From Octopus vulgaris (Eukaryota), in the NCBI GenBank assembly GCA_951406725.2, contig OX597823.1, forward strand, positions 2,976,001 to 3,040,000: DNA of 64,000 nucleotides. The letters are read 5' to 3'. This document shows, piece after piece, positions 42,963 through 56,417 of this stretch; position 1 is the first letter of the stretch; each line of letters starts with the position of its first letter. The translations under genes were made by a program, and so were the position numbers. Below the pieces are notes generated by a model, which saw nothing but the letters and a program-made list of their open reading frames with translations, was not told the origin of the DNA and did no database searches.

Positions 42963-43535
42963 AAAAGTACCCTGTTGATGTTGAAATTCCAGTGAAGAAA
43001 ACTTGGATCTAATTTAGAAACCGGATCTTTCTCACTTGGCAAGAAATCTCTCTATATATAAACGGCAGTTTGTCTGTCTGTGTGTCTGTGTGTCTGTCAG
43101 GTTGTACCCTCACCCTGACCACGGCTTTCAACCAATTTTGATGAAACTTGACACACACATAGCCCAAAGTCATAATTCAAAACTAACGCAGCGAAAATTT
43201 TGAAAAGTTCCTCCAGTTCTGAAAAAATCGATAAATTCGACATGGGGTCGAGAATCTAAGCTTTTTATATGCAACACATTTTCTGGGCTGTACGTGGGCT
43301 GTTCACGCGTTAGGAGGCGCAATGATGTTTTCATGTTTTCGCCCAAAGGGACAGCTAGGAACATCGTATACACAGAAGTATTCGAGTGAAGAGAAGACAT
43401 TGCAACCCACACATGCGCCTTCGTTCCCTAGAGGGAAAGGACTAGATTGGGATTAGTCGTTGCCTACTAGGGGCTCTTACATACCCGGGCAACGCCGGGC
43501 TATGCTGCTAGTCTTGAAATAAAACTGAATAATGA
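42963..43535 (+). mobile_element. 3'UTR piece of the 60.4-61.9 kb RLE LINE family, split by a Helitron
   Basis: 42963-43046 plus 43512-43535 match 61765-61875. Confidence 0.8.
43047..43511 (+). mobile_element. Non-autonomous Helitron
   Basis: 5' TC..TATATATA, subterminal hairpin cccgggcaacgccggg, 3' CTAG; inserted between A and T with no TSD (empty site aagaaa|tcttgaaa at ~61850). Confidence 0.9.
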
Positions 43536-43579
43536 CACATACATGCATGTAAGCATAACACGCACGCACACGCACACAC

Positions 43580-43738
43580 AGGCCCAAGTAAGGCTGTGCG
43601 GTAAGAAGCTTGCTTCCCAACTACATGGTTCCTGGTTCCACTGCGTGGCACCTTGGGCAAGGTTCTTCTACCATAGCCTCAGGCCGACCAAAGCCGTGTG
43701 AGTGGATTTGGTAGACGGAAACTGAAAGAAGCCCGTCG

Positions 43739-43793
<55 letters not shown>

Positions 43794-44103
43794 GTGTGTG
43801 TGGAGGCGCAATGGCCCAGTGGTTAGGGCAGCGAACTCGCGGTCGTAGGATTGCGGTTTCGATTCCCAGACCGTGCGTGGGGAGTGTTTATTGAGCGAAA
43901 ACACCAAAAGATCCACGTGGCTCAAGCAGGGGTGGGGTGGTGATCCCTGCTGTACTCTTTCGCCACAACTTTCTCTCACTCTTTCTTTTGTTGGCCTGCT
44001 CGCTTAGCCAGCGGGGTGGTGTCATTTGAAGGTTAAAACAATGCGAAGTGCATTGTGACCAGCGATGTGTAGCAACATCTGATGGCCTGGTCGGTTACGT
44101 GGT

Positions 44104-44183
<80 letters not shown>

Positions 44184-44388
44184 CAATGCGTCTTTGTGAG
44201 TTTGTCCCCCATCAACGCTTAACAACCGGTGTTGGCTTTTTACGCACCCGTAACTTAGCTGTTCGGCGAAAGAGATCAATAGGATAAGTACAAGGCTTAA
44301 AAAAAACATACCTCGATATATTCGACTAACCCCTTCAAGGCGGTGCTCCAGCATGGCCCTAGTCCAATGACTGAAACAAATAAAAGAT
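43580..44388 (+). mobile_element. SINE family B with nested SINE family C (43801-44110)
   Basis: B head, (TG)n, tggaggcgcaatggcccagtggttagg.. C element, then B 3' half. Confidence 0.85.
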
Positions 44389-44430
44389 ATAGATGGAGAT
44401 ATTCATATCTATATCTATACACGCACACGC

Positions 44431-44491
<61 letters not shown>

Positions 44492-45036
44492 GGCAGATAG
44501 ATAGATAGAGATTTAAGTCACAATATATGGATTTAGATAATCCTGTAGACTCATAAAAAAGCTCCTTAATGTATCATTCTACAAAACGTAGAATATAAAC
44601 ACACACACACACACACACACACACAAGCACACACACATATATATATGTGTGTGTGTGTGTGACTGACTGTGTGTGTGTCATTGTTCTTAGTAGCACTATG
44701 ACCCTCCTTTCTTAGTTTTACTAATAACAATCTCAAATACACAACACATGTACACACACACACATACGCACACACGTACACACACGCGCACAAACACATA
44801 CGCAAACGCATACGCATATAAGGATACTCATCATAGATGAACAGAATGGACTAAGCGGAGCAAGAGCATACACGAAGACTGAAAGTATCGCTGAAGAGGT
44901 AAAAGTTGTGTGATGAAAGATTTCTGGACAATATACACATGACTTAGAATAAGAACAGTAATAAACGAGTGAAGAACGAAAATATACTGTGCATGTGTTC
45001 ATTTGACAAAAAAATGACCGTCCCGAAATACAATAG

Positions 45037-46198
45037 TATATATATATATATAAAGCTGAAATGCAAAAAGTTTGTTTGTCTCATTTTGGGATTGGAACGA
45101 GCTAGATGGGGGCGGATTGGCTCCAAAATTTACAGGAACATGTAAAAAGAGGCGAGGAAGTGAGTGGACTAGGTTAGAAACCCTTATATCAAAAGCTGTG
45201 GTTACTAGGGCAACAAAACCCACACTTTGACATGTGATTGTCGTTTCTCTCTTTCGCATATCACCCTGTTTTCCTCCATCTCTCTCTTTCCTTCCTTCCC
45301 TCCAGTTTCTCTCTATAACGACGTTTGACAGCTTCGCTATCTCTCTGTCACTCTTTCTCCCACCACCTCTCTCACTGTACATCTGTCTGTGTCTATAGAG
45401 AGAAAGCGTTGACAGCCGCAACAGTTTAAATATTCCCGCCACAGGTCTTTTAGAACGGTGAATTATTACGTTGATACAAATTGGATTTTTATGTGAAAAG
45501 GGGTCTAAATGGGGCTCGAGGGGGATTAAAATTGACAGGAGGGAGTGTTTAGGAATTCTCTGTTACATCAAGCTAAAAAATTTGCGCCTGCCTTTAAATC
45601 GTCAATGTGTTGCCGTCCGCCATGAAGAAGTTTTGAATGCCTGCAATGGTGAGTCTACTGTCGTGAGAAAGAATAACTTCAAAACTTGGTGTTTAGGAAT
45701 TTTCTTTTACATCAAGTTCAAAATTTTGCGCTAGCCGTTAAACTGCCAGTACGTTGCTGTCCATCATTAAGAAGTTTTGAATGCCAGCCATGGTGAGTCT
45801 ACTGTCCTGAAATTCTATCCCTTCAAACTTTGGTCTCCAATATTTTTTTTATTCTGCTCGCAAGTTCGTCTATTCCTTTTAAATGTTAGCGTTTTGCTGT
45901 CCGCCTTGAAGCAGACCTTTCCGTTGCCACTGCCTGATATTTATGATTGATCTTTCAAAATATTTTCTTTATCAACTTACTCAAGATCTTTTGTTCTTTA
46001 TAAATGAGAGAGAAAGAGATAGAGAGTAAGAGAAAGCGAGAGAGAGTCCGAGAGAAAGGAAGAGTAAGAGAGTGGGAAAGTGAGAGAGAAAAGAGAAAGA
46101 AATAAAGAGGGAGAATGTGGCAATAAGAAACAGAAAGGAAGCAACAGAAAGTAACAACCACACCCTCACCCACGCGTAGAACAGGTCACCTTAAGCTA

Positions 46199-46199
<1 letters not shown>
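45037..46199 (+). mobile_element. Probable non-autonomous Helitron with internal ~144-bp duplication
   Basis: Starts tatatataaagctgaa, ends with degenerate hairpin then CTAG|T; repeat units start at ~45545 and ~45689. Confidence 0.6.
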
Positions 46200-46258
<59 letters not shown>

Positions 46259-46386
46259 TTAGGCTGCCATTTAGCAATGTATCACCAAATAGGGAAACCA
46301 TAATCGTCATTAAATATGACATTAAATATTATTAAATTGTCATTAACACCGTCTATCATAATTAATGACAATATATATATACATAC

Positions 46387-46927
<541 letters not shown>

Positions 46928-47019
46928 AATATATATATACACACACATGACAGTATATGGCATTATTTCTATACATAAAGGTATGTGACACTGCGTGTGT
47001 ATGTGTATGTGTGTGTGTA

Positions 47020-47070
<51 letters not shown>

Positions 47071-47207
47071 AGAGGGGTAGTCTCGAACGAGCGAACAATC
47101 AAATCATCCATTGATGGGGTACCAAAACCCCTTTCCAATGGATGAAGAACTCAAGTCTGGTGTAGTAATTATTTCATTGCAATATGACATAATCAGCGAC
47201 TGAAACA

Positions 47208-47239
<32 letters not shown>

Positions 47240-48142
47240 ACATGTGGGATTCGTTGCAAAGCCTCGACTTGCGCCGTCGCTGAGAATCATCGCAAAAGAC
47301 ATCCTCCAAAATCTGCAGACATAAAACTTGAACTTCGTCACTTTAAAAATTCGCTTCATTTGCGCGCAACTCGTCGTTGGAATGATTGCAGAAATCAAGT
47401 CCGTCAAAGAGATGTGGAAATGGTGGCGGTGTCTACTGCGAGACCAATGGAAGATAGAAATCGATAAAAGAAGAGAAATGTCAGCAGGGAAGTCTATAGG
47501 TTATTGATTTTTGTTTTCCAATAGAAGAAGCCATCATGTGATTTCAGCAGAAATGTTCTTCGGTTTTGTCCAAAACAAGAAAACTGGTATTAACACACAC
47601 ACACACACACACACACACATGCACGTGCACACACATACACGCATGCACACACACATGTACAAACACATGCACGTCTACACACGTACACACGTGCACATAC
47701 ATGCACACACATGCATATACACGCACGCGCGCACACATGCACACACACACATGCACACACACATATGCACACACACACATGCACACACACACATGCACAC
47801 ACATGCACACACACACATGCACACACGCACATGCACACACATGCACACACGCACATGCACTGACTCACGCGCGCGCACGTACATACATGCGCACACATAT
47901 ATACACATGTAAACACGCATACACATACACATACATATACACATATATACCTACACAAATGCACGCACGTACCTGTGTGCATATGATATTCCTTCTGTCT
48001 ATTTGTTCGACAATCTGAATCGCTCCCTCTAACCAATATCATTATATGTCTGTGAGTGTGTATGTGTGTGTGTGTGTGTGTGTGTGTAGTATGTGTATAT
48101 GAGCGCACATGTGCGTATACACATGTGTGTATATATATATAT

Positions 48143-48468
48143 AAATCCTTTAAAATGTTTCAGCCCGAAAGCTGTGGCCATGCTGGGGCACCACCGTTGA
48201 AAGAGCTACACTAGTATGTGAAACTACCTCTGATACGTGGCACTTGGTCAACAAGGGAGTTCGACGCCGCTGCCCGCATCTGTGTTTCCTGCCGAGAGGT
48301 AGGTTCATCTGGAACCCCTGACAAGAAGAGATCTAGCTTGATTTTAAAGAAACCCACATCCACACCATACAGGTCTCTCAGGCATTTAGGAAGGATATTG
48401 AAGAGCTGTGGTCTTCTGAAACCCAAGCTGTTGCAGTATCTGGTCCTGCATTTTGATGGTGATGATAT
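48143..48468 (-). mobile_element. CR1/L2-group LINE 3' fragment whose tail matches the SINE B tail
   Basis: GFRRPQLFNILPKCLRDL..FKIKLDLFLSGVPDEP..SNSL; tail ggtggtgccccagcatggccacagctttcgggctgaaac. Confidence 0.82.
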
Positions 48469-48491
48469 GTAAATACATAAATATATATATT

Positions 48492-48538
<47 letters not shown>

Positions 48539-48779
48539 TGAAATAGAAAGATGAATAATCTTGTTGCAGATTAATCAAAAGTTTAACCGATACCTTGGTA
48601 GCAAAAATCACAGCAGAAGAAAGCACGGTTGGAGGTACAACCATATGGTGTTGAGAAAGACACAATATGGTCTCCTTATTCAATCGGAATTTGATAAATT
48701 GTGGCTTTCGAAACACGTGTAGAATGCAATAAAAGGATTTCTGTTCAATCTTCGTTCAACTCCATTTCTTCAATTCACT

Positions 48780-48824
<45 letters not shown>

Positions 48825-49001
48825 AATATATATAATACAAAAACATCCTAATGACTATATCTGACTGTAAACTCATGGTATCAGTTTGCACATCATGAAA
48901 TAATACTTAAAGGATATACCCAAAATTACCAGCAGGGTATATAATGTACTTCATTAATTATATCATACTTTAGTTAATACTTATATTTATTAAATATGAA
49001 G

Positions 49002-49131
49002 GAACTACACGTGTTTCAGTATTGGAAGATTACAATACATATACACAACTGTATACCCATATATATAAACATATATGAATACAGATATGCAATCGTCAGA
49101 TTTACAATTATTCCAACACATCTTCAGGTTC
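49002..49131 (-). ncRNA. Type I hammerhead motif with long stem II (inverted copy)
   Basis: Reverse complement of 49867-49996. Confidence 0.72.
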
Positions 49132-49318
49132 TATTTCAAAATATTGTATATCTAATTTTACATCCCTTTAAAAATAAGCAATACAATTAAGTATTAAAGA
49201 TTAAAAATTACGAATTAAAAATTAAGAATAAAAAGTATACTTTGTAATATTAAGAATAAAAATTTACAAATTATACACACACACATATATATATAATATA
49301 TACATACACATACATATG

Positions 49319-49381
<63 letters not shown>

Positions 49382-49635
49382 TAAATGAAAGAATGGAGTC
49401 GAACGAAGATGTTAATAAAATTCCTTTACTCTCGACACATGTTTCGAAGACACCATGTTTTCATTCCAAAGGAATAAAGGGTACATTATGCAATCATAAT
49501 AAACATAGGATAAACATAGGATAATTCATTCACCTACTTATATTCCTTTGGAATGAAAGCATGCTGTCTTCGAAATATGTGTCGAGAGTAAAGGAATTTT
49601 GTTAACATCTTCGTTCGATTCCATTCTTTCATTTA

Positions 49636-49676
<41 letters not shown>

Positions 49677-49866
49677 CATATGTATGTGTATGTATATATT
49701 ATATATATATATGTGTGTGTGTGATAATTTGTAAATTTTTATTCTTAATATTACAAAGTATACTTTTTATTCTTAATTTTTAATTCGTAATTTTTAATCT
49801 TTAATGCTTAATTGTATTGCTTATTTTTAAAGGGATGTAAAATTAGATATACAATATTTTGAAATA

Positions 49867-49996
49867 GAACCTGAAGATGTGTTGGAATAATTGTAAATCT
49901 GACGATTGCATATCTGTATTCATATATGTTTATATATATGGGTATACAGTTGTGTATATGTATTGTAATCTTCCAATACTGAAACACGTGTAGTTC
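49867..49996 (+). ncRNA. Type I hammerhead motif with long stem II and palindromic stem III
   Basis: gaac-CTGAAGA-t-gtgttggaa..ttccaatac-t-GAAA-cacgtg-TA-gttc. Confidence 0.72.
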
Positions 49997-50210
49997 CTTC
50001 ATATTTAATAAATATAAGTATTAACTAAAGTATGATATAATTAATGAAGTACATTATATACCCTGCTGGTAATTTTGGGTATATCCTTTAAGTATTATTT
50101 CATGATGTGCAAACTGATACCATGAGTTTACTGTCAGATATAGTCATTAGGATGTTTTTGTATTATCTGAAATAGAATACCTGCATATCGATTCATCCAC
50201 CAAAATTGAG

Positions 50211-50246
<36 letters not shown>

Positions 50247-50289
50247 TGTATGTATGTATGTATGTATGTATGTATGTATGTATGTATGT

Positions 50290-50870
50290 ATAGGTCCGGA
50301 CTCAATGCTGAGAGTGGCATCAGTCCCATTTCCTCAAACTCCTGGAGTTTATTCCTGGTCGTTCGGATGGTATGAGGTCTTACATTGTTTTGCTGTAGAA
50401 GAGCTCGCTTTCTGTTAACCAATGCCAGGTATTTTTGCCGCACAATGGCATACAACCATGCCAGTTGCTCGAAGTACATGCTGCTATCGATGATTCAACT
50501 ATCCAGAATAGAATCGTAGGGAATTATCCTCTCATAATTCCACCAATTGCAGAGCTTCACCTTGTTTTCGAAACGCCCATGTTTGGCGATAGACTCCAGA
50601 CGCTTGCACTTGTTTAACCTCTGTTTATGCATGTTAGGATTGCGGGAAAATATTTCCCTCGGATTATTACTCGTTCCGATCCATGACTCACTCGTGACGC
50701 TTCATCAATCAATGGAGGTAGAAGCTTCAGTGAAAGAATTCTTCGCCTCGAAGGACAAGAGCTGGCATCAGCGTGAGATCAAAGAAATGGCAGAAAGGAG
50801 GCTTCAGATGGTGCAACATGATGGCCTCTACTTTGAATGCTTTGCTGCTTTTGTTGGTACTTGACGAATA
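50290..50870. mobile_element. Mariner remnant in two oppositely oriented pieces
   Basis: Minus: [15 protein letters not shown]; plus: VKEFFASKDKSWHQREI..QHDGLYFE. Confidence 0.75.
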
Positions 50871-51077
50871 AAGCAAATAAGTTACAATATATATGTAATA
50901 TGTGTATATACATATTTCAAGAGTTATTGCTCTTTCATCAGCACTACATACAACGCATCAACTATCCACGAATGCATTGTTTAAACAGCCACTAAATTTA
51001 GCGGTGTACCACTACTGGATAGACCAATTTACATATTAAATACTTTCCTGGCAGCTGGAACACAAATATTAATTGCT

Positions 51078-51269
51078 AGCAAGGACACCATATTTCGTTT
51101 TGCCACCATAATACACTACCAAATATAGTAAATGTTTACAAGTCAATATTGTACCTTACTTTTGTGTTAACAGTGCGATGTTCTGCTAGCACAAAACTAG
51201 AACACATCATTGACTTATAAACCTTTGGTGATATACTATGGTTTCAAAACGAAACACAGTGTCCTTGCT
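51078..51269. repeat. Degenerate foldback, ~90 bp arms
   Basis: gcaaggacac..tttcgttttg..aagtcaat / attgactt..caaaacgaaa..gtgtccttgc. Confidence 0.75.
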
Positions 51270-51887
51270 TGTAATGGATAAAAGCAATCATGAAACAGGC
51301 GATCTTTCTTTTATTCCAGGCTTTTGTTTACAGATTAATACCGTCAACAAATAATGAATATTACCGTGTATTGATCACCAGAATCAATATCACTTCAAAA
51401 TAAATTCAAACCTGTATCAGATCTCACTAGATTTGCTGACTTTCTGATCAACCTCTCACCCAGATGAGCTGCCCTCATCCCATCCAGAGAAACCGGAGAT
51501 TATCTTCAATGGAAAGCGAGCTTTCGCTGCTTAAAGCAAAGACAATGACGTCGAGAATATTGTGAACGATTAAGGCGGGCAAAGAAGCACTTCTCATACT
51601 TTTATCTTCCACAAGTTTGACATTGGGGAAAAAAATTGCTACCAATTTAATCTATTGGCTCGATTTCTCATCAGGAATAAGTTTAAAGTTAGAATCAAGA
51701 AATTAGTTCTTAATGAAATTGTCAATTTATGGCAGCAATCGTCAGTGTCATTAATCATCGGAATGAGAACATTTTTATAATTAACTTAAAGCAGTTTGAA
51801 ATTAAATGTCAGCTGTACAAACACCCAAACTCAAGGCCCATATGTGTGTGTGTGTGTGCGTATGTATGTGCGTGTACGTGTGCGTGC

Positions 51888-52600
51888 GTGTGTATGTGCG
51901 TGTGTGTAATATATATATTTGTGTGTGTGTATGTGCGTGTGTGTAATATATATATTTGTGTGTGTGTATGTGCGTGTGTGTAATATATATATTTGTGCGT
52001 GTGTATGTGCGTGTGTGTAATATATATATTTGTGTGTGTGTATGTGCGTGTGTGTAATATATATATTTGTGTGTGTGTATGTGCGTGTGTGTAATATATA
52101 TATTTGTGTGTGTGTATGTGCGTGTGTGTAATATATATATTTGTGTGTGTGTATGTGCGTGTGTGTAATATATATATTTGTGTGTGTGTATGTGCGTGTG
52201 TGTAATATATATATTTGTGTGTGTGTATGTGCGTGTGTGTAATATATATATTTGTGTGTGTGTATGTGCGTGTGTGTAATATATATATTTATGTGTGTGT
52301 ATGTGCGTGTGTGTAATATATATATTTGTGTGTGTGTATGTGCGTGTGTGTAATATATATATTTGTGTGTGTGTATGTGCGTGTGTGTAATATATATATT
52401 TGTGTGTGTGTATGTGCGTGTGTGTAATATATATATTTGTGTGTGTGTATGTGCGTGTGTGTAATATATATATTTGTGTGTGTGTATGTGCGTGTGTGTA
52501 ATATATATATTTGTGTGTGTGTATGTGCGTGTGTGTAATATATATATTTGTGTGTGTGTATGTGCGTGTGTGTAATATATATATTTGTGTGTGTGTATGT
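51888..52600. repeat. 37-bp minisatellite, about 19 copies
   Basis: taat recurs every 37 bp from 51907 to 52573. Confidence 0.95.
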
Positions 52601-54127
52601 GTGTGTGCGTGTGTGTGCGCGTGTGTATGTATGTGTGCATATATATATATGAAGGCACATGGCCTAGTTGTTTTGGTGTTGTACTCACGATCTAGTGAAC
52701 ACCAGTTCGAACCTCAGACCGAGAATCGCATTGTGTTCCTGGGGAAAATAAAGTTAAAGATTAGAGACTTCTGGAAATAGTACAGAAGACTTCTGGAGGT
52801 GTTGGATAACAGCTGGATTATGAGATGAAGGCTCACCCTCGCCTACGAATAGTGTTTGGCCAAGCGCGTGTGTGCGCGTGCGTGCGTGCGTATATGTGTA
52901 TGTGTGTGTGCGCGTATGCATGTGTGTGTATGTGTTTGTTCCCCACCGTCGCTTGACAACCGGTGTTGGTGTGTTTACATCCCCATACATTAGTGGTTCG
53001 GTAAGACAGACCGATAGAATAAGTACTATGCTCTCTCTCTCTCTCACTCTCTCTCTATTTCCTCTCTCTTTTCCATTTCATTAAAAGTGTTATTCCTTTT
53101 TTTCTCTCTCTCTCTCTCTCTGAACAGTGCATATACCCTGAATCGAAAAACCTTGATTAACTGGGATTATTTTAACAATTTCTAGCCAAAAAAATCCCTC
53201 CAGAATTGTTTAAATTCTAAAAAGAACCAAACGAGATAAATCTAATAAAATCTCTTAAAAGTTTTGAAACATATATAAAATGAAGTATAGGCACTGATCC
53301 GGTGTTTTAAGGCAACAGATACGTTTCTATCTTATTTAACCTCCTCAGATCAGATATTCCATTCACTTGAATATCGTCTGCTCTTCTTTTTGTATCGAAG
53401 CTTATCCCTTTCATTATCTCTCTCTCTCTCTTTTTTTTCTCTCTCTCTCTCTTTCTTTCTCTCTCTCTCTCTCTTTCTTCTATTTCTTGTGCCTTTCTTT
53501 ATCATTCTCTAAGATTCCATCTCCCTCGTTTTTTCTTTCTTCTAACATCATATCCTACTCTCTCCCCCTCAATTTCTTTGCCCTCAATTCGTTTCTATTC
53601 CTTTTTCTTCTCCCCTTATTTATACCAACTCCCTATCGACTCCTATATTTATTTTCCTTCTCATACGACTCCTTCGTATCTTTCCCTCTCTCTTGCTGTT
53701 CTTCCTTTCGCTCTCTCTCTCTCTCTTCCTATCTCTCTCCCTCTCACTCTCTCTCTCTCTCTCAGCCCGTTTCTCCCTTTCACTCCAACTTCCTCTTCCC
53801 CTCACTCAGTGCCACCTCTCTCTCTCTCACTCTCTCTCACTCTCTTTGCCCTTCTCTCTCTTTCACCCCCTCCCTTCAATGTATGTACTTTTAAAACTCA
53901 CTTTGCTTCGCTCCTCCATATTTGTCGTACTGCAAAGCAAGCGAAACCAATTTCAGTGATTCAGACGATTGTTTAATTCGGTTCTGTTATTTCTTTTATT
54001 TCTTCTTTAACAAAAAAAAAACCATTAACTGTTGAGATTTTATTGATGAAATAAGAATCTAGAACTGCCTGACCTAAATATGTTACTTGTTCACGGAATT
54101 CTTTGAATATGTTTCGGATTTCTTCTC

Positions 54128-54187
<60 letters not shown>

Positions 54188-55542
54188 TGCTGTCTGCTTT
54201 GTTGTTGTTGGGGTGGCGATGGCGGTAGTTATTGTTCTTGTAACTGTTGTTGTTTTTGATTTTTGGAGTTATAGGTGAATTATTGATGGCAGTGAACGGT
54301 GGTGATGGTGGTAGCAGAGCTGCTGCGGATGATGATGATGATGATATTGTTAGTGACGATGCCAGTGCTTTTTGCTTTTTTGCTCCTACTCTTATCGGTT
54401 TGTTCTTCTATGACGGTGCTGTCTCAGAACCAGAATGGTCTAGAGTGTACGCTATCGGACCACCATCTTCAAGACTTCGTTGATGTCCCCAGCGCAAAGA
54501 TGTCTTTATTATTTGTACGCTACCCTTCATTGTATCCGCCTCACTATGGAGAATAGTTCCAACAGTCATAGGAACTATCCGTCTCACAGCAGGGCCAATG
54601 AGAGAGGGACCGGCTATTCAGTCGCACGTTGGTCTGAAGATCAGAGTGTCATAAAGAGAACCATGACAATCAGCTGGTGTACACCCTCCCCTCCAAAATC
54701 TTAATACCCTTAAGAGGAACCTTACTCCATTCTTGGCCTGAAAGTAGTTTGGTTCTTCCAGACCAAATTTCTCTCAGAGGTTCTGTCTCATATACTTCAC
54801 ATCAAGAAACTGGCCCGCACAATCAGTCCTTGAAAGACCCACGAGCTTCGACACTTAGTAACAAATAGGTTTGGCCCTTTATATAAAAGGTATGATCTCT
54901 TATGTAAAGGGAAACTAGAATTAACTTAAATGATAAACTGAGGAATTTAAATTTTATGTTTGTTGTTGACATTCATTAAACCAACCCCAGAGCCAGTTCG
55001 TCTTACTTTTGTTTTGTTTCTTCGGGCATTATATATCTAAGACTACACTTGTCAATGTGACCTTCTCTTTTGGACGACAGTAGGGTTTGATTCGAGAAAA
55101 ATTTAATTTCTATTTTTTCTATGTGCCCTGGGAAGAACACACGGGAGAAGTTCATCAGAGAAAATTTACCAAAAACCAGGAGCTGGTAGAGCAGTGTAGA
55201 AACGAAGATGGGAGGGCACGAATCGAGGTGTACTGAAATGGGCTGAAAGGGTATTGTGGGCTGTTTACTTTGCAAAGCCTTGATTGAACTTGGAGATTCT
55301 AGTACAGCAAAGAGTCTGTCTCTAGAAATCGAAGCTGCAGAGAAAGCCAAGCGGTGGCTTTGGACAAAGAAAGCAGATGAATGGTTCGCTGCTACTGGGA
55401 GTTGATCAACTGGCTGAATAAGTTGGACGAAGAAGTTTGGTGTTAAAAGATCCGAAACCATGTAAGATCCTAGAAACGTTACTGATGATGCACCTCAAAG
55501 CATCAGTGACATGCATCTTGAGACTAATTATTTCTATATATT

Positions 55543-55943
55543 ATTACTCTTTTACTCTTTTACTTGTTTCAGTCATGTGACTTTGGCCATGCTGGAGCAC
55601 CGTCTTTAGTCGAACAAATCGACCCCAGGATTTATTCTTTGTAAGCCTAGTGTTTATTCTATCGGTCTCTTTTGCCGAACCGCTAAGTTACGGGGACGTA
55701 AACACACCAGCATCGGTTGTCAAGCGATGTTGGGGAACAAACAGAGACACACAAACACATATATATATACATATACACAACGGGCTTCTTTCAGTTTCCA
55801 TCTACCAAATTCACTCACAAGGCTTTGGTCAGCCCGAGACTATGGTAGAAAGACACTTGCCCAAGGTGTCACGCATTGGGACTGAACCCGGAACCATGTG
55901 GTTGGGAAGCAAGCTACTTACTACACAGCCACTCCTACGCCTA
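55543..55943 (-). mobile_element. SINE family B, full length
   Basis: Multi-copy match. Confidence 0.88.
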
Positions 55944-56211
55944 TTATCTATTATTTCTGTATATTATATATGTTATGTATTATTTCTATATATATATATT
56001 ATTGAATATCATTACATATTATTATATATTATCATATAATTATTATATAATTGTTTTATGAATGTTTAACTTCAAAACATTTTTAAGCCTCTCATCAGAA
56101 ATGCACAAGTAATCATCAACTTTCTTTACGAAACCCCTCCCCTCAAAATTGCAGGCCTCCTACCTCAACTAGAAACCATTATTAGGGTGCCTATTCCTAC
56201 TTAGAAAGCAA

Positions 56212-56417
56212 GAAACAAAAAAATCTTGTTGTGTCCTGGGAGGGTCATTATGCCAATAATGATAACACACGCACTCGTTTAATTTCACTTCGTTATTGTT
56301 AGTCAATTGGTTAAATATCTGACCAATTGACTAACAACAAAGAAGTGATACTGAACCAGTGCGTGTGTTATTATTATTGGCGTAATGACCCTACCAAGAC
56401 AGAACAAGATTTGTTTC
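56212..56417. repeat. Foldback hairpin, ~100 bp arms, short loop
   Basis: aaatcttgtt..agggtcatta..ttgttagtcaattggt / accaattgactaacaa..taatgaccct..aacaagattt. Confidence 0.88.

Larger units (their letters stand above)
48832..50166. repeat. 1.33 kb nested palindrome (arms 48832-49476 / 49541-50166, 64-bp spacer)
   Basis: Identical 64-aa ORFs on opposite strands (48996-49190 +, 49808-50002 -); arms align by eye. Confidence 0.93.

Noticed and set aside
48996-50002. Duplicated 64-aa ORF as a gene pair
   Set aside because: By-product of the palindrome; overlaps the ribozyme motif and has no recognisable domain
55200-55480. Possible Tigger/pogo CENP-B HTH remnant
   Set aside because: Similarity too weak to support by eye
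55480-55512. CTGATGA in a small hairpin
   Set aside because: No GAAA or stem III; simple hairpin
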